39,268 nt of DNA from a virus. The notes beneath the pieces are model-generated. The model was not told the DNA's origin, searched no databases, and saw nothing but the letters and a program-made list of their open reading frames with translations. Of this stretch, positions 1 through 9,512 are shown piece after piece. The DNA is taken from IMG/VR virus record IMGVR_UViG_3300045988_110019, positions 1 through 39,268 of that record; one strand, given 5' to 3'. Position 1 is the first letter of the stretch. Each line of letters begins with the position of its first letter. Made by a program: the position numbers and the translations under genes.

Positions 1-55
1 AATATTCACGAGAAGAATTTGATTCCCTTGTGAATATATGTGGAGATTGCAATAT
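1..55. repeat. Terminal direct repeat, identical to 39214..39268 (assembly overlap of a circular molecule)
   Basis: aatattcacgagaagaatttgattcccttgtgaatatatgtggagattgcaatat occurs at both window ends. Confidence 0.95.
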
Positions 56-71
56 GTAATAAAAGAAAGAA

Positions 72-278
72 ATGAATGATGGAGTTTATTTTGACCGATA
101 TAGAATGGAAACAATTGAGATGAAAGCATTAAGGATTAAGAATATCCTTAATTCACTAGAAGAAAAAATCGAATCTGGTAATATAACAATCAGAGAAGCT
201 GCTATTGAATTGCACAAAGCTGGCTGGATAAATTATATAGACATTGACACAACTAAGAAGCTGCTTGGTTTGAATTAA
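72..278 (+). CDS. Hypothetical protein (68 aa)
   Basis: ORF in the co-directional gene string. Its first 8 codons (MNDGVYFD) are identical to those of the junction-spanning ORF at 39153. Confidence 0.55.
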   Translation: MNDGVYFDRYRMETIEMKALRIKNILNSLEEKIESGNITIREAAIELHKAGWINYIDIDTTKKLLGLN

Positions 279-290
279 TCAGATATAGAT

Positions 291-1046
291 ATGAAAGATA
301 TAGAATTATTCAACGATCATTTTCAGAATTATAAAGTCTACGGCATTCCTAAAGCTCAACTAATTATAGCCGATGTTCCCTACAATTTAGGGAATAATGC
401 TTATGCCTCTAATCCTTCATGGTATGTGGATGGTGATAATAAGAATGGAGAAAGCGATAAAGCGGGTAAAGAATTCTTTGATACTGATAAAGATTTTCGC
501 CCGGCAGAGTTTATGCACTTTTGTAGCCAGATGCTTGTAAAAGAGCCAAAGGATAAAGGTAAGGCTCCTTGTATGATAATCTTTTGTGAATTTGAAGATC
601 AATTCCGATACATTGAATTAGGAAAGAGATATGGGTTAAATAATTACATCAATCTTGTATTCCGGAAAGATTTCTCCGCGCAGGTATTAAAAGCAAACAT
701 GAAAGTAGTAGGTAACTGTGAGTACGGTTTACTTCTTTATCGTGAAAAACTTCCAAAGTTCAACAATGATGGTCGGATGATATTCAACTGCTTTGATTGG
801 GTAAGAGATTCCGATACACCCAAAGTACATCCAACACAGAAACCGGTTCCACTTCTTCGTAGGCTGATAGAAATCTTCACTGATAAAGGTGATGTCGTTA
901 TCGACCCGTGCGCTGGAAGCGGTTCCACCTTATTAGCTGCTGCACAGTTGGGACGCAAGGCATACGGATTCGAGATTAAAAAAAAGTTTTTCGCTGATGC
1001 GAATAAATTGGTGTTATCGCGTATTCAGCAATCACTATTTGTATAA
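291..1046 (+). CDS. DNA methyltransferase, beta-class N6-adenine/N4-cytosine type (N4/N6 MTase family)
   Basis: Motif IV variant IIADVPYNLG precedes HPTQKPVPLLRRLI and the motif I region VVIDPCAGSGSTLLAAAQLGRKAYGFEI. This is the typical beta-class order. Confidence 0.85.
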   Translation: MKDIELFNDHFQNYKVYGIPKAQLIIADVPYNLGNNAYASNPSWYVDGDNKNGESDKAGKEFFDTDKDFRPAEFMHFCSQMLVKEPKDKGKAPCMIIFCEFEDQFRYIELGKRYGLNNYINLVFRKDFSAQVLKANMKVVGNCEYGLLLYREKLPKFNNDGRMIFNCFDWVRDSDTPKVHPTQKPVPLLRRLIEIFTDKGDVVIDPCAGSGSTLLAAAQLGRKAYGFEIKKKFFADANKLVLSRIQQSLFV

Positions 1047-1075
1047 TTCAAATATAAATTAGAAAGGAATAAATT

Positions 1076-1711
1076 ATGAGGGATAAGTCTAGATTGAAAC
1101 ATGTGATGGTGCAGGCAAAGATAAGTGTGGAGGCTGCTGATAAATTGGATAAAATTGTGAAGGAATATAAGTTTAACAGCAGATATGAGGTGATGCAATA
1201 TCTGCTGTCAGCATTTATCGAAAAGGCCGATTGCGAAACAGAATATAATGGAGTTAATACTAATGAAACTGAACTTATGGATATATTCCAGCGGCTTAGA
1301 GCTGTGAAGGACAGGGTAAATACTGTTAAACCGTCGGCATATGATGATATTAAAAGAGTGGCATCAGTATTCATATATAGAGTTACCAACAGAAGGAGAT
1401 ATGTATCAAGCTGTATAACGGAAAATGGGGAAGGAATGCACCATTCCTCTAAAAAAGAGCAGGTATTAGAGGAAGTATTTCGGTATTTATATCCGAATTT
1501 AGCACAACGATTACTTGTAATCGGACGTAATATAGGAGTCAACGGTTATGATAATATCATCAAGGAGTTACTTGATATGTCTCCTGTATCATCGGATGGT
1601 ATACATAATGATGTATCTACGGAGGTTAGTGGTTTTATGGGGCAGAATAAATACGGAATGGTTCCGGTTATAACAAGAAACAAAAAAGTAGAAAATGAGC
1701 AGGGATTATAA
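1076..1711 (+). CDS. Hypothetical protein with a possible ribbon-helix-helix-like N-terminus
   Basis: 211-aa ORF. N-terminal KHVMVQAKISVEAADKLDKIV resembles a CopG/Arc beta-strand plus helix. No other motif recognised. Confidence 0.5.
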   Translation: MRDKSRLKHVMVQAKISVEAADKLDKIVKEYKFNSRYEVMQYLLSAFIEKADCETEYNGVNTNETELMDIFQRLRAVKDRVNTVKPSAYDDIKRVASVFIYRVTNRRRYVSSCITENGEGMHHSSKKEQVLEEVFRYLYPNLAQRLLVIGRNIGVNGYDNIIKELLDMSPVSSDGIHNDVSTEVSGFMGQNKYGMVPVITRNKKVENEQGL

Positions 1712-2027
1712 TTACAGGAAGATGATCAGCTCCATGGCATGGAGAAAAACAAGAAGAAGAAAACTTGAACAGTCACCGTTATGTGAAGCTTGCAAGCAAA
1801 ATGGAGTGATAATGGCAGCGACAGAGGTTCACCATGTTATGCCGTGTGAGTCAGCCAAGACAGTCACTGAAATGAGAGCTCTCATGTTTGATGTGGACAA
1901 CCTACAGTCATTATGCCACGACTGCCATTCTTTGATTCATGCAGGAATGAAGTCACATAGCAGAGTTAAGGTGAAAGAGAATGCGAACCGTTCATTATCC
2001 CGGTTTAAGGAAAGGTTTATCTTATAA
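1695..2027 (+). CDS. HNH endonuclease (terminase-associated type)
   Basis: CEAC...HHVMPC...NLQSLCHDCHSLIH zinc-finger/HNH motif. It sits directly upstream of the terminase genes, as in HK97-like cos phages. Confidence 0.85.
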   Translation: MSRDYNYRKMISSMAWRKTRRRKLEQSPLCEACKQNGVIMAATEVHHVMPCESAKTVTEMRALMFDVDNLQSLCHDCHSLIHAGMKSHSRVKVKENANRSLSRFKERFIL

Positions 2028-2191
2028 TCCGGGGGGGGGATTTTTTTAAGACCACCCGGATTACTCAAACCCACTCCCACCGGGCATCACAAATTTTAGT
2101 TTTGAAAATTTGGATTTGGGGGTGACACTTTGGGATTACTCGGAATAACAACAATATTGTAAAAATAGGTAATATTAAAATATTTAACACA
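2026..2191. promoter_or_regulatory. Structured intergenic region, candidate cos/packaging site
   Basis: Lies between HNH and terS. Contains inverted repeat aatccggg/cccggatt (2026-2033 / 2055-2062), a G9-A-T7 tract (2031-2047), direct repeat ggattactc (2058-2066 and 2133-2141), and an 8-bp palindrome (2090-2097 / 2105-2112). Confidence 0.4.
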
Positions 2192-2602
2192 ATGAAGAAA
2201 AAAAGCGAGGAACAACGGGCGGTCAGCAAAAAAATAAAAAATCAGAGGGATACGATTATAAAAACATTGAAAGATGTCAATAAGTATTCCAAGGAGTTGA
2301 ACTGTCAGATTGATATATTTTCCCGTCTGTATCTGTTGTTTAAAAAAATCACGGAGGAGGTTTTGGATGATGGATATAATATCGTGTATGAAGAGAAGAG
2401 CCGGGAGGGACATGTAAGAAAGCGAATTGACCCTTTGGCAAGAGTTCCGTTCGAACAGGCTTCGCCTTTGATGAAACTATTGAAAGGGTTGAAAATGAAT
2501 ATGGAAATGACCAAGCCTGATGATGGCGGAAGTCGTGGTCCCAGTCCGCTGGATAAACTAATGGAGAATATCAATAATGTGAATGACGGAGAGGACGAAT
2601 GA
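2192..2602 (+). CDS. terS: Terminase small subunit (P27-family-like)
   Basis: 136-aa ORF immediately upstream of, and overlapping (ATGA), the large terminase. Weak resemblance to P27-type small terminases. Confidence 0.55.
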   Translation: MKKKSEEQRAVSKKIKNQRDTIIKTLKDVNKYSKELNCQIDIFSRLYLLFKKITEEVLDDGYNIVYEEKSREGHVRKRIDPLARVPFEQASPLMKLLKGLKMNMEMTKPDDGGSRGPSPLDKLMENINNVNDGEDE

Positions 2603-4443
2603 TGAATGAATGGGATGAGAAAAAAGCACTGAAAAAAGGATATACGGATAGGCTGACATCTGTTGATTTGGATAGGTATAATCTAAGGAAAATAGACGGT
2701 CGGCTATTTTCTTATATATATGGCGTGCAGTCCTGCCCGGAGGGGCATAACCTGTACGAGGTCCTTTCTGTGCTGAAATTCCTCCGTCTGATGGACACTT
2801 ACACGTTTCAGAAAAAAAGAGTGAAAGTGTTTGTAGCCTTATATGAGAGCCTTAAATTTTCGGGAATAAACGGACGCCGCAGTTATAAGCTAACCCCCGT
2901 GCAGTATTTCCAGTTTGCCTCTATACTGGGGTTTTACAGATGGGAAGATATAGGCAGCGTGGAAGATATGACGGAAAGAAAGAAGGGAACAAAGGTCGTC
3001 AACGGGCGTGTGATGGAGTTGAGGCGGCTGGTAAGGGAGGCTATTCTGTTCGTTCCGAGAAAGTTTTCAAAGACCACCTCTACGGCTTCTCTTGCTGTTA
3101 ATGACCTGCTTTTTGGGGATGCGAACGCGCAGGCATACACGGGCGCGAATTCAGGGCGGCAGGCTAAGATATGTTTTAATGAGATAAAGGGTATTATTAA
3201 TCAATTGGATCCGGATAGACGCAGTTTTAAGACAAATCGTGAATGGCTGGGATGGAGGCCTACCAACACATACGGGAAAGAATCCTTTGTGGAATGTCTG
3301 TCGGGGGGCGGTGATGCAAAGGACGGTCTTAACGCATCTCTTTTTATCTTTGACGAATATGCGCAGGCGAGATATGTGAAGGATCACTCGGAGGGTGCGG
3401 AACTTATGCAAGTTATGGTGTCTTCTATGGGTATGAGAAGGGAGCCTCTGACAGTGATTATAACTACTGCAAGCCGCGTACCTGACGGACCTTTCGCTAT
3501 AGAGCTGGAAAATGCGAAGAAAGTCCTTTTAGGAGAATATGACGATGATACGCAATTCGCGTCATTGTTTATGCCGGATGAATGGGAGCTTGACGATGAG
3601 CACATGAGTACTCCGGAGCTGTGGAAGAAATGTAATCCGCATATTGGCATAACGGTACAGGAGGGTTATTACCGCCAGATGTGGAACAAGGCGATACGCA
3701 ACGTTGAGGCTATGATAGAATTTAAAACCAAGTTACTTAATGTCTTTGTTGCAGGCTCCGTAAAACCGTGGATAACACAGAATTTCGCCCATTCCTTGTC
3801 CATGAACATCAATTTGGAACAGGTGAAGGGAAGACCGTCTGCTATGGTGGCTTTTGACTTGTCTGTTTCTGATGACCTTTCCGCCGTGGTTTACAATATT
3901 TATAATAAGGAAGATAAAAAATTCTATCTGTTTATGGATAGCTATATACCGGAAGAAACAATAGAAACCCACCCGAACCGTGAGCTTTATAGGATGTGGG
4001 TAGATGGCGGCTGGTTGAAAGTATGCCCCGGTGCTGTCATAGATATGGACATGATTATAAACGACATATTAAGGCGTGACCGTAATTTGTTTATATGCCG
4101 GATAGGCTATGATGCTTACAAGGCAAGCGAGATACGCAACGCGCTTGCAGCGGGACTTTTGGGACACGGGAAGAACCCGGACAAGATACTGCGTGCTGTT
4201 CCCCAGACCTACGGGGCGTTTACATCACCGGTAGAATCGCTGGAGCTGGCGGCAAAGAGCCGTCCGGCTCATCTTGTTATTGCTTATAATCCTATCCTAT
4301 TCTGGAACTTTGGAAACTGCTATATAGATGAAGATAAGATGTGTAATAAGAAACCGTTGAAAAGGAAGGAAAATCTTAAGATTGACGGTGCGATAGCCTC
4401 CTTGATGACATTTTGGCTTTACAGTAATACGGAACAGAGGTAA
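2599..4443 (+). CDS. terL: Terminase large subunit (Terminase_1-like)
   Basis: 614 aa. Walker-A-like PRKFSKTT, Walker-B-like LFIFDEYA, C-terminal nuclease-like region. Positioned before the portal. Confidence 0.9.
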   Translation: MMNEWDEKKALKKGYTDRLTSVDLDRYNLRKIDGRLFSYIYGVQSCPEGHNLYEVLSVLKFLRLMDTYTFQKKRVKVFVALYESLKFSGINGRRSYKLTPVQYFQFASILGFYRWEDIGSVEDMTERKKGTKVVNGRVMELRRLVREAILFVPRKFSKTTSTASLAVNDLLFGDANAQAYTGANSGRQAKICFNEIKGIINQLDPDRRSFKTNREWLGWRPTNTYGKESFVECLSGGGDAKDGLNASLFIFDEYAQARYVKDHSEGAELMQVMVSSMGMRREPLTVIITTASRVPDGPFAIELENAKKVLLGEYDDDTQFASLFMPDEWELDDEHMSTPELWKKCNPHIGITVQEGYYRQMWNKAIRNVEAMIEFKTKLLNVFVAGSVKPWITQNFAHSLSMNINLEQVKGRPSAMVAFDLSVSDDLSAVVYNIYNKEDKKFYLFMDSYIPEETIETHPNRELYRMWVDGGWLKVCPGAVIDMDMIINDILRRDRNLFICRIGYDAYKASEIRNALAAGLLGHGKNPDKILRAVPQTYGAFTSPVESLELAAKSRPAHLVIAYNPILFWNFGNCYIDEDKMCNKKPLKRKENLKIDGAIASLMTFWLYSNTEQR

Positions 4444-4489
4444 CCATAAACAGCATATTGTCCGATATATAGAAGTTATAACTTGATAT

Positions 4490-5815
4490 ATGGACAATTT
4501 TTTCAGATTTTTCAAAAGAGAATCGGCACCATTGCCGTCATTCATAGACAGTGGTTCGGAGAAGACGGATGAGGAAGCGCACGAAGATTATGGGAAAGCG
4601 AAGTCTACAGGTGGAGATTATCGGGAGAACATAGCTTATGTGAATTCCCCATGGGCTGCATTGAATATAGCCGCAGTATATCGTGCTGTGAATCTACTTT
4701 CAAGTTCTGCCGCTACGTTAACCATCCAATACAAGCGTAAGGACAGGGCGAAAAACTATTTCAAGCTAAGCGACACGAAGGATGGGAAGAGGATAAACTA
4801 TCTGCTCGGGGCACGTCCCAATGATCGGATGAATTCATATACTATGATGAAGTATACGGTAGCCCAGTTGCTTTTGCAAGGGAATGCCTTTATCTACCCT
4901 GTACGTAATTCGTTCCACGAGATCGTATCTTTCATATTGTGTTCCCCCGGCTCGGTAACTTACGATGTATATGCTAATCAATATAAGATTGATGATATAA
5001 CCAACGGAATAAGTGTGACTGTAGGTCCGAAAGATATACTCCATTTTAAGAACATGTGTCTTGACGGAGGATATTGGGGAATGTCTACCATAGCATACGC
5101 CAAGCAGTGTCTTAGTATTACTGCCACATCGGATGGTGAAACGTTGAAACGATTTGCCACAGGCGGACGTTTCAAGGCTATTCTTCAAGACAACACAACT
5201 GTCCAAGGCTACGGAAAGTATCAGGACGAGCAGTTGAAGAATATGGGAATGGATATTCAGGACACGTTGAACCGTGGAGGGGACATACTGGCTGTATACG
5301 GTGACGGAAAGCTTACCCCTATAAGCATGTCATCGGCTGACATGCAGTTTTTGGAAAGCAGAAAGTTTAATATCCGTGAGATTGCCCGGTTCTTCAATAT
5401 ACCACCGAGTAAACTTATGGACGATTCCAACGCCAACTACAAGAGTGTAGAGATGTCCAATGTAGCCTTTTATGTTGAGGCTTTGCAGCCCATAATTACC
5501 GAGATAGAGCGTGAATTTGCCGCCAAATTACTTGATGAGAATACCTATATGGATTACAAGTACACATTCGACTTGTCCGCATTGTACGCCCTTGACGTTG
5601 ACAGCAAGAGCAGATGGCAAAAGACACGTCTGGAAACGGGCCAAGCAACCGTTAATGACATACGTAGGGATGACGATCGTCCGCCGGTGGACAAGGGGGA
5701 TGATGTGTACATAAGCACAAACCTTGCAGTATTGGGAAGCCCCAAAATGTCTGGGGAAACAGTTGCAAACTCTACAAAAATAAATGATAACAAGGAAGGA
5801 GAAGACGATGAATAG
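4490..5815 (+). CDS. Portal protein (HK97 family)
   Basis: 441 aa. Typical HK97-portal stretch FLESRKFNIREIARFFNIPPSKL. Follows terL. Confidence 0.9.
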   Translation: MDNFFRFFKRESAPLPSFIDSGSEKTDEEAHEDYGKAKSTGGDYRENIAYVNSPWAALNIAAVYRAVNLLSSSAATLTIQYKRKDRAKNYFKLSDTKDGKRINYLLGARPNDRMNSYTMMKYTVAQLLLQGNAFIYPVRNSFHEIVSFILCSPGSVTYDVYANQYKIDDITNGISVTVGPKDILHFKNMCLDGGYWGMSTIAYAKQCLSITATSDGETLKRFATGGRFKAILQDNTTVQGYGKYQDEQLKNMGMDIQDTLNRGGDILAVYGDGKLTPISMSSADMQFLESRKFNIREIARFFNIPPSKLMDDSNANYKSVEMSNVAFYVEALQPIITEIEREFAAKLLDENTYMDYKYTFDLSALYALDVDSKSRWQKTRLETGQATVNDIRRDDDRPPVDKGDDVYISTNLAVLGSPKMSGETVANSTKINDNKEGEDDE

Positions 5816-6143
5816 GGAATTGCGTGTGCTGACGCTTGAAAAAATGAAAGCGCAGATAAGGGATGTGCAGGATGAAGAGTTGGAGTTGTTGCATACATGG
5901 GGCATGGCGTGTGAGAGTGTGATTATAGATATGACAAACCGCACATTCGAAGAGTTGGAGGCATGGGAGGACGCTCATGGAAAAGGATTTCCCGAAGCCT
6001 TGGAATCGGCTATGTTGCTACTTGTAGCCCATTTGTTCCGGAACAGGGAGCCGGTTTCATCCGTAACCCAGAATATGGTTCCTTTTACTATATCAATGCT
6101 TGTAAAGCCTTATGTGAAATTATCAAACAGAAGTGAATCATGA
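5808..6143 (+). CDS. Head-tail connector protein (gp6-like)
   Basis: LTLEKMKAQIRD...LLLVAHLFRNREPV matches the gp6-like connector pattern. The ATG at 5808 overlaps the portal stop (the ORF track starts at 5784). Confidence 0.75.
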   Translation: MNRELRVLTLEKMKAQIRDVQDEELELLHTWGMACESVIIDMTNRTFEELEAWEDAHGKGFPEALESAMLLLVAHLFRNREPVSSVTQNMVPFTISMLVKPYVKLSNRSES

Positions 6144-6475
6144 TATCAGCAGGGGCATTAACGGAAAGAGTGGATATTATGACCCCGGAAATAAGCCGTG
6201 GTAGCATGAATGAACAGGTAATCCAATATCGGAAAGCAATTACCGTATGGGCTAATGTGCAGTTTCAAAGGGGCGCTCGTGCTCTGACTGCCGGTGAAGC
6301 GTGGATGAACAGTTCGGTAGTTGTAACGATGCGCTATATGTCCGTGGTTACTGATCGTTGTCGGCTGGTATGGGATGGGAAAACCTACAGAATAGATTCG
6401 TGTAACCGATCCAAGAGAGATGGGAGTATTACTATTACGGCTTCCATATTGGATGAGGGAAGCGGTTTCGGGTAA
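6140..6475 (+). CDS. Head closure / head-tail adaptor protein (SPP1 gp16-like)
   Basis: 111 aa. TERVDIMTP...VWANVQ...VVVTMRY...RLVWDGKTYRIDS pattern is typical of phage head-tail joining proteins. Confidence 0.75.
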   Translation: MISAGALTERVDIMTPEISRGSMNEQVIQYRKAITVWANVQFQRGARALTAGEAWMNSSVVVTMRYMSVVTDRCRLVWDGKTYRIDSCNRSKRDGSITITASILDEGSGFG

Positions 6476-6556
6476 GCCGAAAACAGGTATTTATAGGATA
6501 TAAAAAGGGCGTTTCCTAAAGGGGCGTTTGAAAGTTGTAAATAAATAGAAAAAAAT

Positions 6557-7219
6557 ATGGATAATTCCAAGGAGAGAGAGGTAAGATACATGACCGGTGA
6601 CCAGTTCCAGCCAAAGATCCGCGAGGCGGAGGACGGGAGTGATAGCCGGGTAATCGAGGGTTATGCGATTGTATTTGGCGTTGAGAGTCGTATGCTTGTG
6701 GACTATTGGGATAACTACCGTGAGATTATAGAGCCGGGAGCCATTACGGAAGACGAGTTGAAGCGGATGGATATAAAGATGACATTGTGGCATAACCGCG
6801 AGAGGTTGCTGGCTCGTTGGAACAGGGGTGAAGGATCGCTTTCGCTTTCTGTGGATGAAACGGGTGTAAGATATAGATTTACAGCTCCAGCGACTCAGGA
6901 TGGAACTACCGCATTAGAGTTGGTAAAGAGAGGGGATTTAGCCGGTTCTTCATTCACATTCTGGAGCGATGAGAGTTCTTCGGTCAGGTATACCAAGGAT
7001 GATGATGGTGTGCTGTTACGACACGTTACCCGTATTGACGAGGTTTTTGAAATGACTATAGCTTCTGATCCGGCATATGTGCAGACCAGCGTCACAGCCC
7101 GGGAAGTGGAGGCTTCCGGTATTGTGTTGCACCCAGATCAGAAGAAACGGGAAACAATTGAGAAAAATGAAACCGCATATGCGGAATTGAGAAAGATAGC
7201 GAATAAGAAAATTTTTTAA
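6557..7219 (+). CDS. Prohead maturation protease (HK97 family, S78-like)
   Basis: RVIEGYAIVFG start, conserved H and S regions (WHNRE, GSSFTF). Immediately upstream of the capsid gene. Confidence 0.85.
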   Translation: MDNSKEREVRYMTGDQFQPKIREAEDGSDSRVIEGYAIVFGVESRMLVDYWDNYREIIEPGAITEDELKRMDIKMTLWHNRERLLARWNRGEGSLSLSVDETGVRYRFTAPATQDGTTALELVKRGDLAGSSFTFWSDESSSVRYTKDDDGVLLRHVTRIDEVFEMTIASDPAYVQTSVTAREVEASGIVLHPDQKKRETIEKNETAYAELRKIANKKIF

Positions 7220-7225
7220 TCATTT

Positions 7226-8452
7226 TTGTTTATGAATAAAGGAAAGAAAGTGAATGTACAACAGTACATTACCAGACGAGAGGAAATCAAGGTACGTCTT
7301 AACGAGATTGTAGATTTGGCTGAATCGGAAAACAAACGTGCGTTTACCGATACTGAGAATGACGAGATCGAGTGTCTGAAACGCGAGATGAATGCTTTGG
7401 ATGTCCGCATAGCGTGTGCTGACAAGAGCGGATATGTGGAAGTCACCGCCCGTGAGCTTGCGTTTGATGCGTTTATGCGCGAGCATATCAATTCTAGAAG
7501 TTCCCATCCGCTTAAGCGTGAGTTTACAGGAATGATCAGTACGGGAGCGCAGCCGATGATCCCTCTTACTATTAATGACATTATCCCTGCATTGGAAGAA
7601 GGTCTTATCATTTCTAAGCTTGGATTACCGTTACGCACAGGTTTGGCGGGTGATTATTGTTGGCCGACAGTTTCGGCAGTTGAAGCAGAGGTAGCCGGGG
7701 AGGCTGTAGCTTTGACCGACAAAAAAATCGAGATCGGTAAGATTGTACCCAATCCTCAGAGAGTGGGTGTTACCATCAAGATTACAAGTCAGACAATCAA
7801 CCAGACCGAGGGGGTGGCATACGATGTTGTTAAGCAGCAGATACCGATGGCTGTAACACGGACGCTGAATAAGCTGATGTTTACAACTGGGAAACAGACG
7901 CATAAGTTAGTAGGACCTTTTTCTGAGATCGCGTTCCCGGGAGGAAGTCCGGGCACCCCAAAGACTATCGCTGAGTTAAAAACTATGGCTGAAAAGAAAA
8001 ATGCCCGTTTTATCAAGTTTGCCAACTCGACACCGACATTTAAGGAATTGGTATTGATGCGAGCATTGCCATTGATGAAAGGTATTGAGGGAAGTTACAT
8101 GGCTTATGTGATGGATGAATACACAAAGGCGGTATTGGAAACTACCGATCGAGGATATGAAGGACCGACAAATCCGGGTAACACGGGAAGATATATTATC
8201 GAAAACAATACCATTGCTGGTGTTCCGGTTTTCTGTACGAATTATATTAATACAGATGATAAGACCTATATTGGTTTTGGCTCATGGGGATATGAGCCTA
8301 TCGGGCAATTCGGTGAACAGCGTTTTATAATCAATCCTTATTCGGAAGACACATCAGATGTTGTTCGCTTGACCCTTAATGGGGATTGGGCGTTTACCAC
8401 ATTGCGTCCTGAGGCGTTTACGCTGGGAGAGTTACCTGCCGAAGGGGAATGA
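7226..8452 (+). CDS. Major capsid protein (HK97 fold) with N-terminal coiled-coil delta domain
   Basis: 408 aa. Charged coiled-coil N-terminus followed by a typical HK97-family body. Position after the protease. Confidence 0.9.
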   Translation: MFMNKGKKVNVQQYITRREEIKVRLNEIVDLAESENKRAFTDTENDEIECLKREMNALDVRIACADKSGYVEVTARELAFDAFMREHINSRSSHPLKREFTGMISTGAQPMIPLTINDIIPALEEGLIISKLGLPLRTGLAGDYCWPTVSAVEAEVAGEAVALTDKKIEIGKIVPNPQRVGVTIKITSQTINQTEGVAYDVVKQQIPMAVTRTLNKLMFTTGKQTHKLVGPFSEIAFPGGSPGTPKTIAELKTMAEKKNARFIKFANSTPTFKELVLMRALPLMKGIEGSYMAYVMDEYTKAVLETTDRGYEGPTNPGNTGRYIIENNTIAGVPVFCTNYINTDDKTYIGFGSWGYEPIGQFGEQRFIINPYSEDTSDVVRLTLNGDWAFTTLRPEAFTLGELPAEGE

Positions 8453-8496
8453 TTTATTTACCCGGGGCTACGGCTCCGGGATAAAAATACGAAGTT

Positions 8497-9117
8497 ATGG
8501 GAATAATGAAAAAAATCCTTGAGAACAATCGGGGGAAGCAGATAAAAGGGGTGTCATTTGTCTATGAGGGAGACGAAGTTATTGCCATGCTTGAAAGGAT
8601 GCGTAAGTCCAAGGAAATCAAAAAAAACGAGATAAAAAAAGAGGTACGAAGGGCATTAACACCGGAGCGGAAGTATGTGCGTAATGCAGCAAAAGCCGCA
8701 ATGGGTAAAGATCCCGGAAGAGCGTACATGGCTGTAAAGATGGTTGTTTACCGTGACGGGAACGGCGGTATGCTTAACATACTTGATAGGGGAGATGCAA
8801 AAAGGCTGGCATTATATAAAAAACCGAACGGCGGTGTGTCGGGCATAAGAAGACGTAGATATGTAAGCCCGGAAACGAAGAGGTCTAGAGGCTATAGAGG
8901 TGCGGACAGGGCTTTTATCCTTCGGTTTATAAATTCAGGGACAGAAGACAGGTATACGAAAGTTAGACGTCAGGGAATGAAAAAATCGGCATATCGCGGC
9001 TCTTTGTCTGCAAGTAATTTTTTCCAGCCGGCAGCGGAATCCGGCATGGCTAGAGCCAGCCTTGTATTGTCGGAACGGATTGCAAGAATAATACAAGAAG
9101 TAAGTGAAGGAAGATGA
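8497..9117 (+). CDS. Hypothetical basic virion/neck-module protein
   Basis: 206-aa lysine/arginine-rich ORF between the capsid and tail-completion genes. No motif recognised. Confidence 0.55.
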   Translation: MGIMKKILENNRGKQIKGVSFVYEGDEVIAMLERMRKSKEIKKNEIKKEVRRALTPERKYVRNAAKAAMGKDPGRAYMAVKMVVYRDGNGGMLNILDRGDAKRLALYKKPNGGVSGIRRRRYVSPETKRSRGYRGADRAFILRFINSGTEDRYTKVRRQGMKKSAYRGSLSASNFFQPAAESGMARASLVLSERIARIIQEVSEGR

Positions 9118-9512
9118 GTTTATTTATAAGCAAGCATATTATTAGCTCTATACAGTCTAATAAGGCTGTTACGGAAGCGGTGGGGAACAGGATATATCCG
9201 GTTGTTATCCCTGTGGGGGCGCCGGAGTATCCGTTCATCAATTTTACGAGTTCTTTGGATGGTCCGGACGAGACCAAAGATGGATCTTGTGCGGATAATG
9301 TATCCACTACTTTGGTAGTTGTGTCAAAGACGTATGAAGTTGCTGTGAATACGGCTAATGAGGTGCGTTACTCTATTGAAGGGAAGACAGCCCGGTATGA
9401 TAAGTTTGAGGTCATTGATAGTTCTTTTCTGTCATGTATTGAAGATTATTTGGTGGATATAGACGCATTTACTATAACTCTTTCGTTTAATTTTAAAACA
9501 ATTGATCTATGA
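9114..9512 (+). CDS. Tail completion protein (DUF3168-like)
   Basis: N-terminus AVTEAVGNRIYPVVIPVGAPEYPFINF resembles DUF3168 tail-terminator/completion proteins. Located upstream of the major tail gene. Confidence 0.6.
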   Translation: MSLFISKHIISSIQSNKAVTEAVGNRIYPVVIPVGAPEYPFINFTSSLDGPDETKDGSCADNVSTTLVVVSKTYEVAVNTANEVRYSIEGKTARYDKFEVIDSSFLSCIEDYLVDIDAFTITLSFNFKTIDL

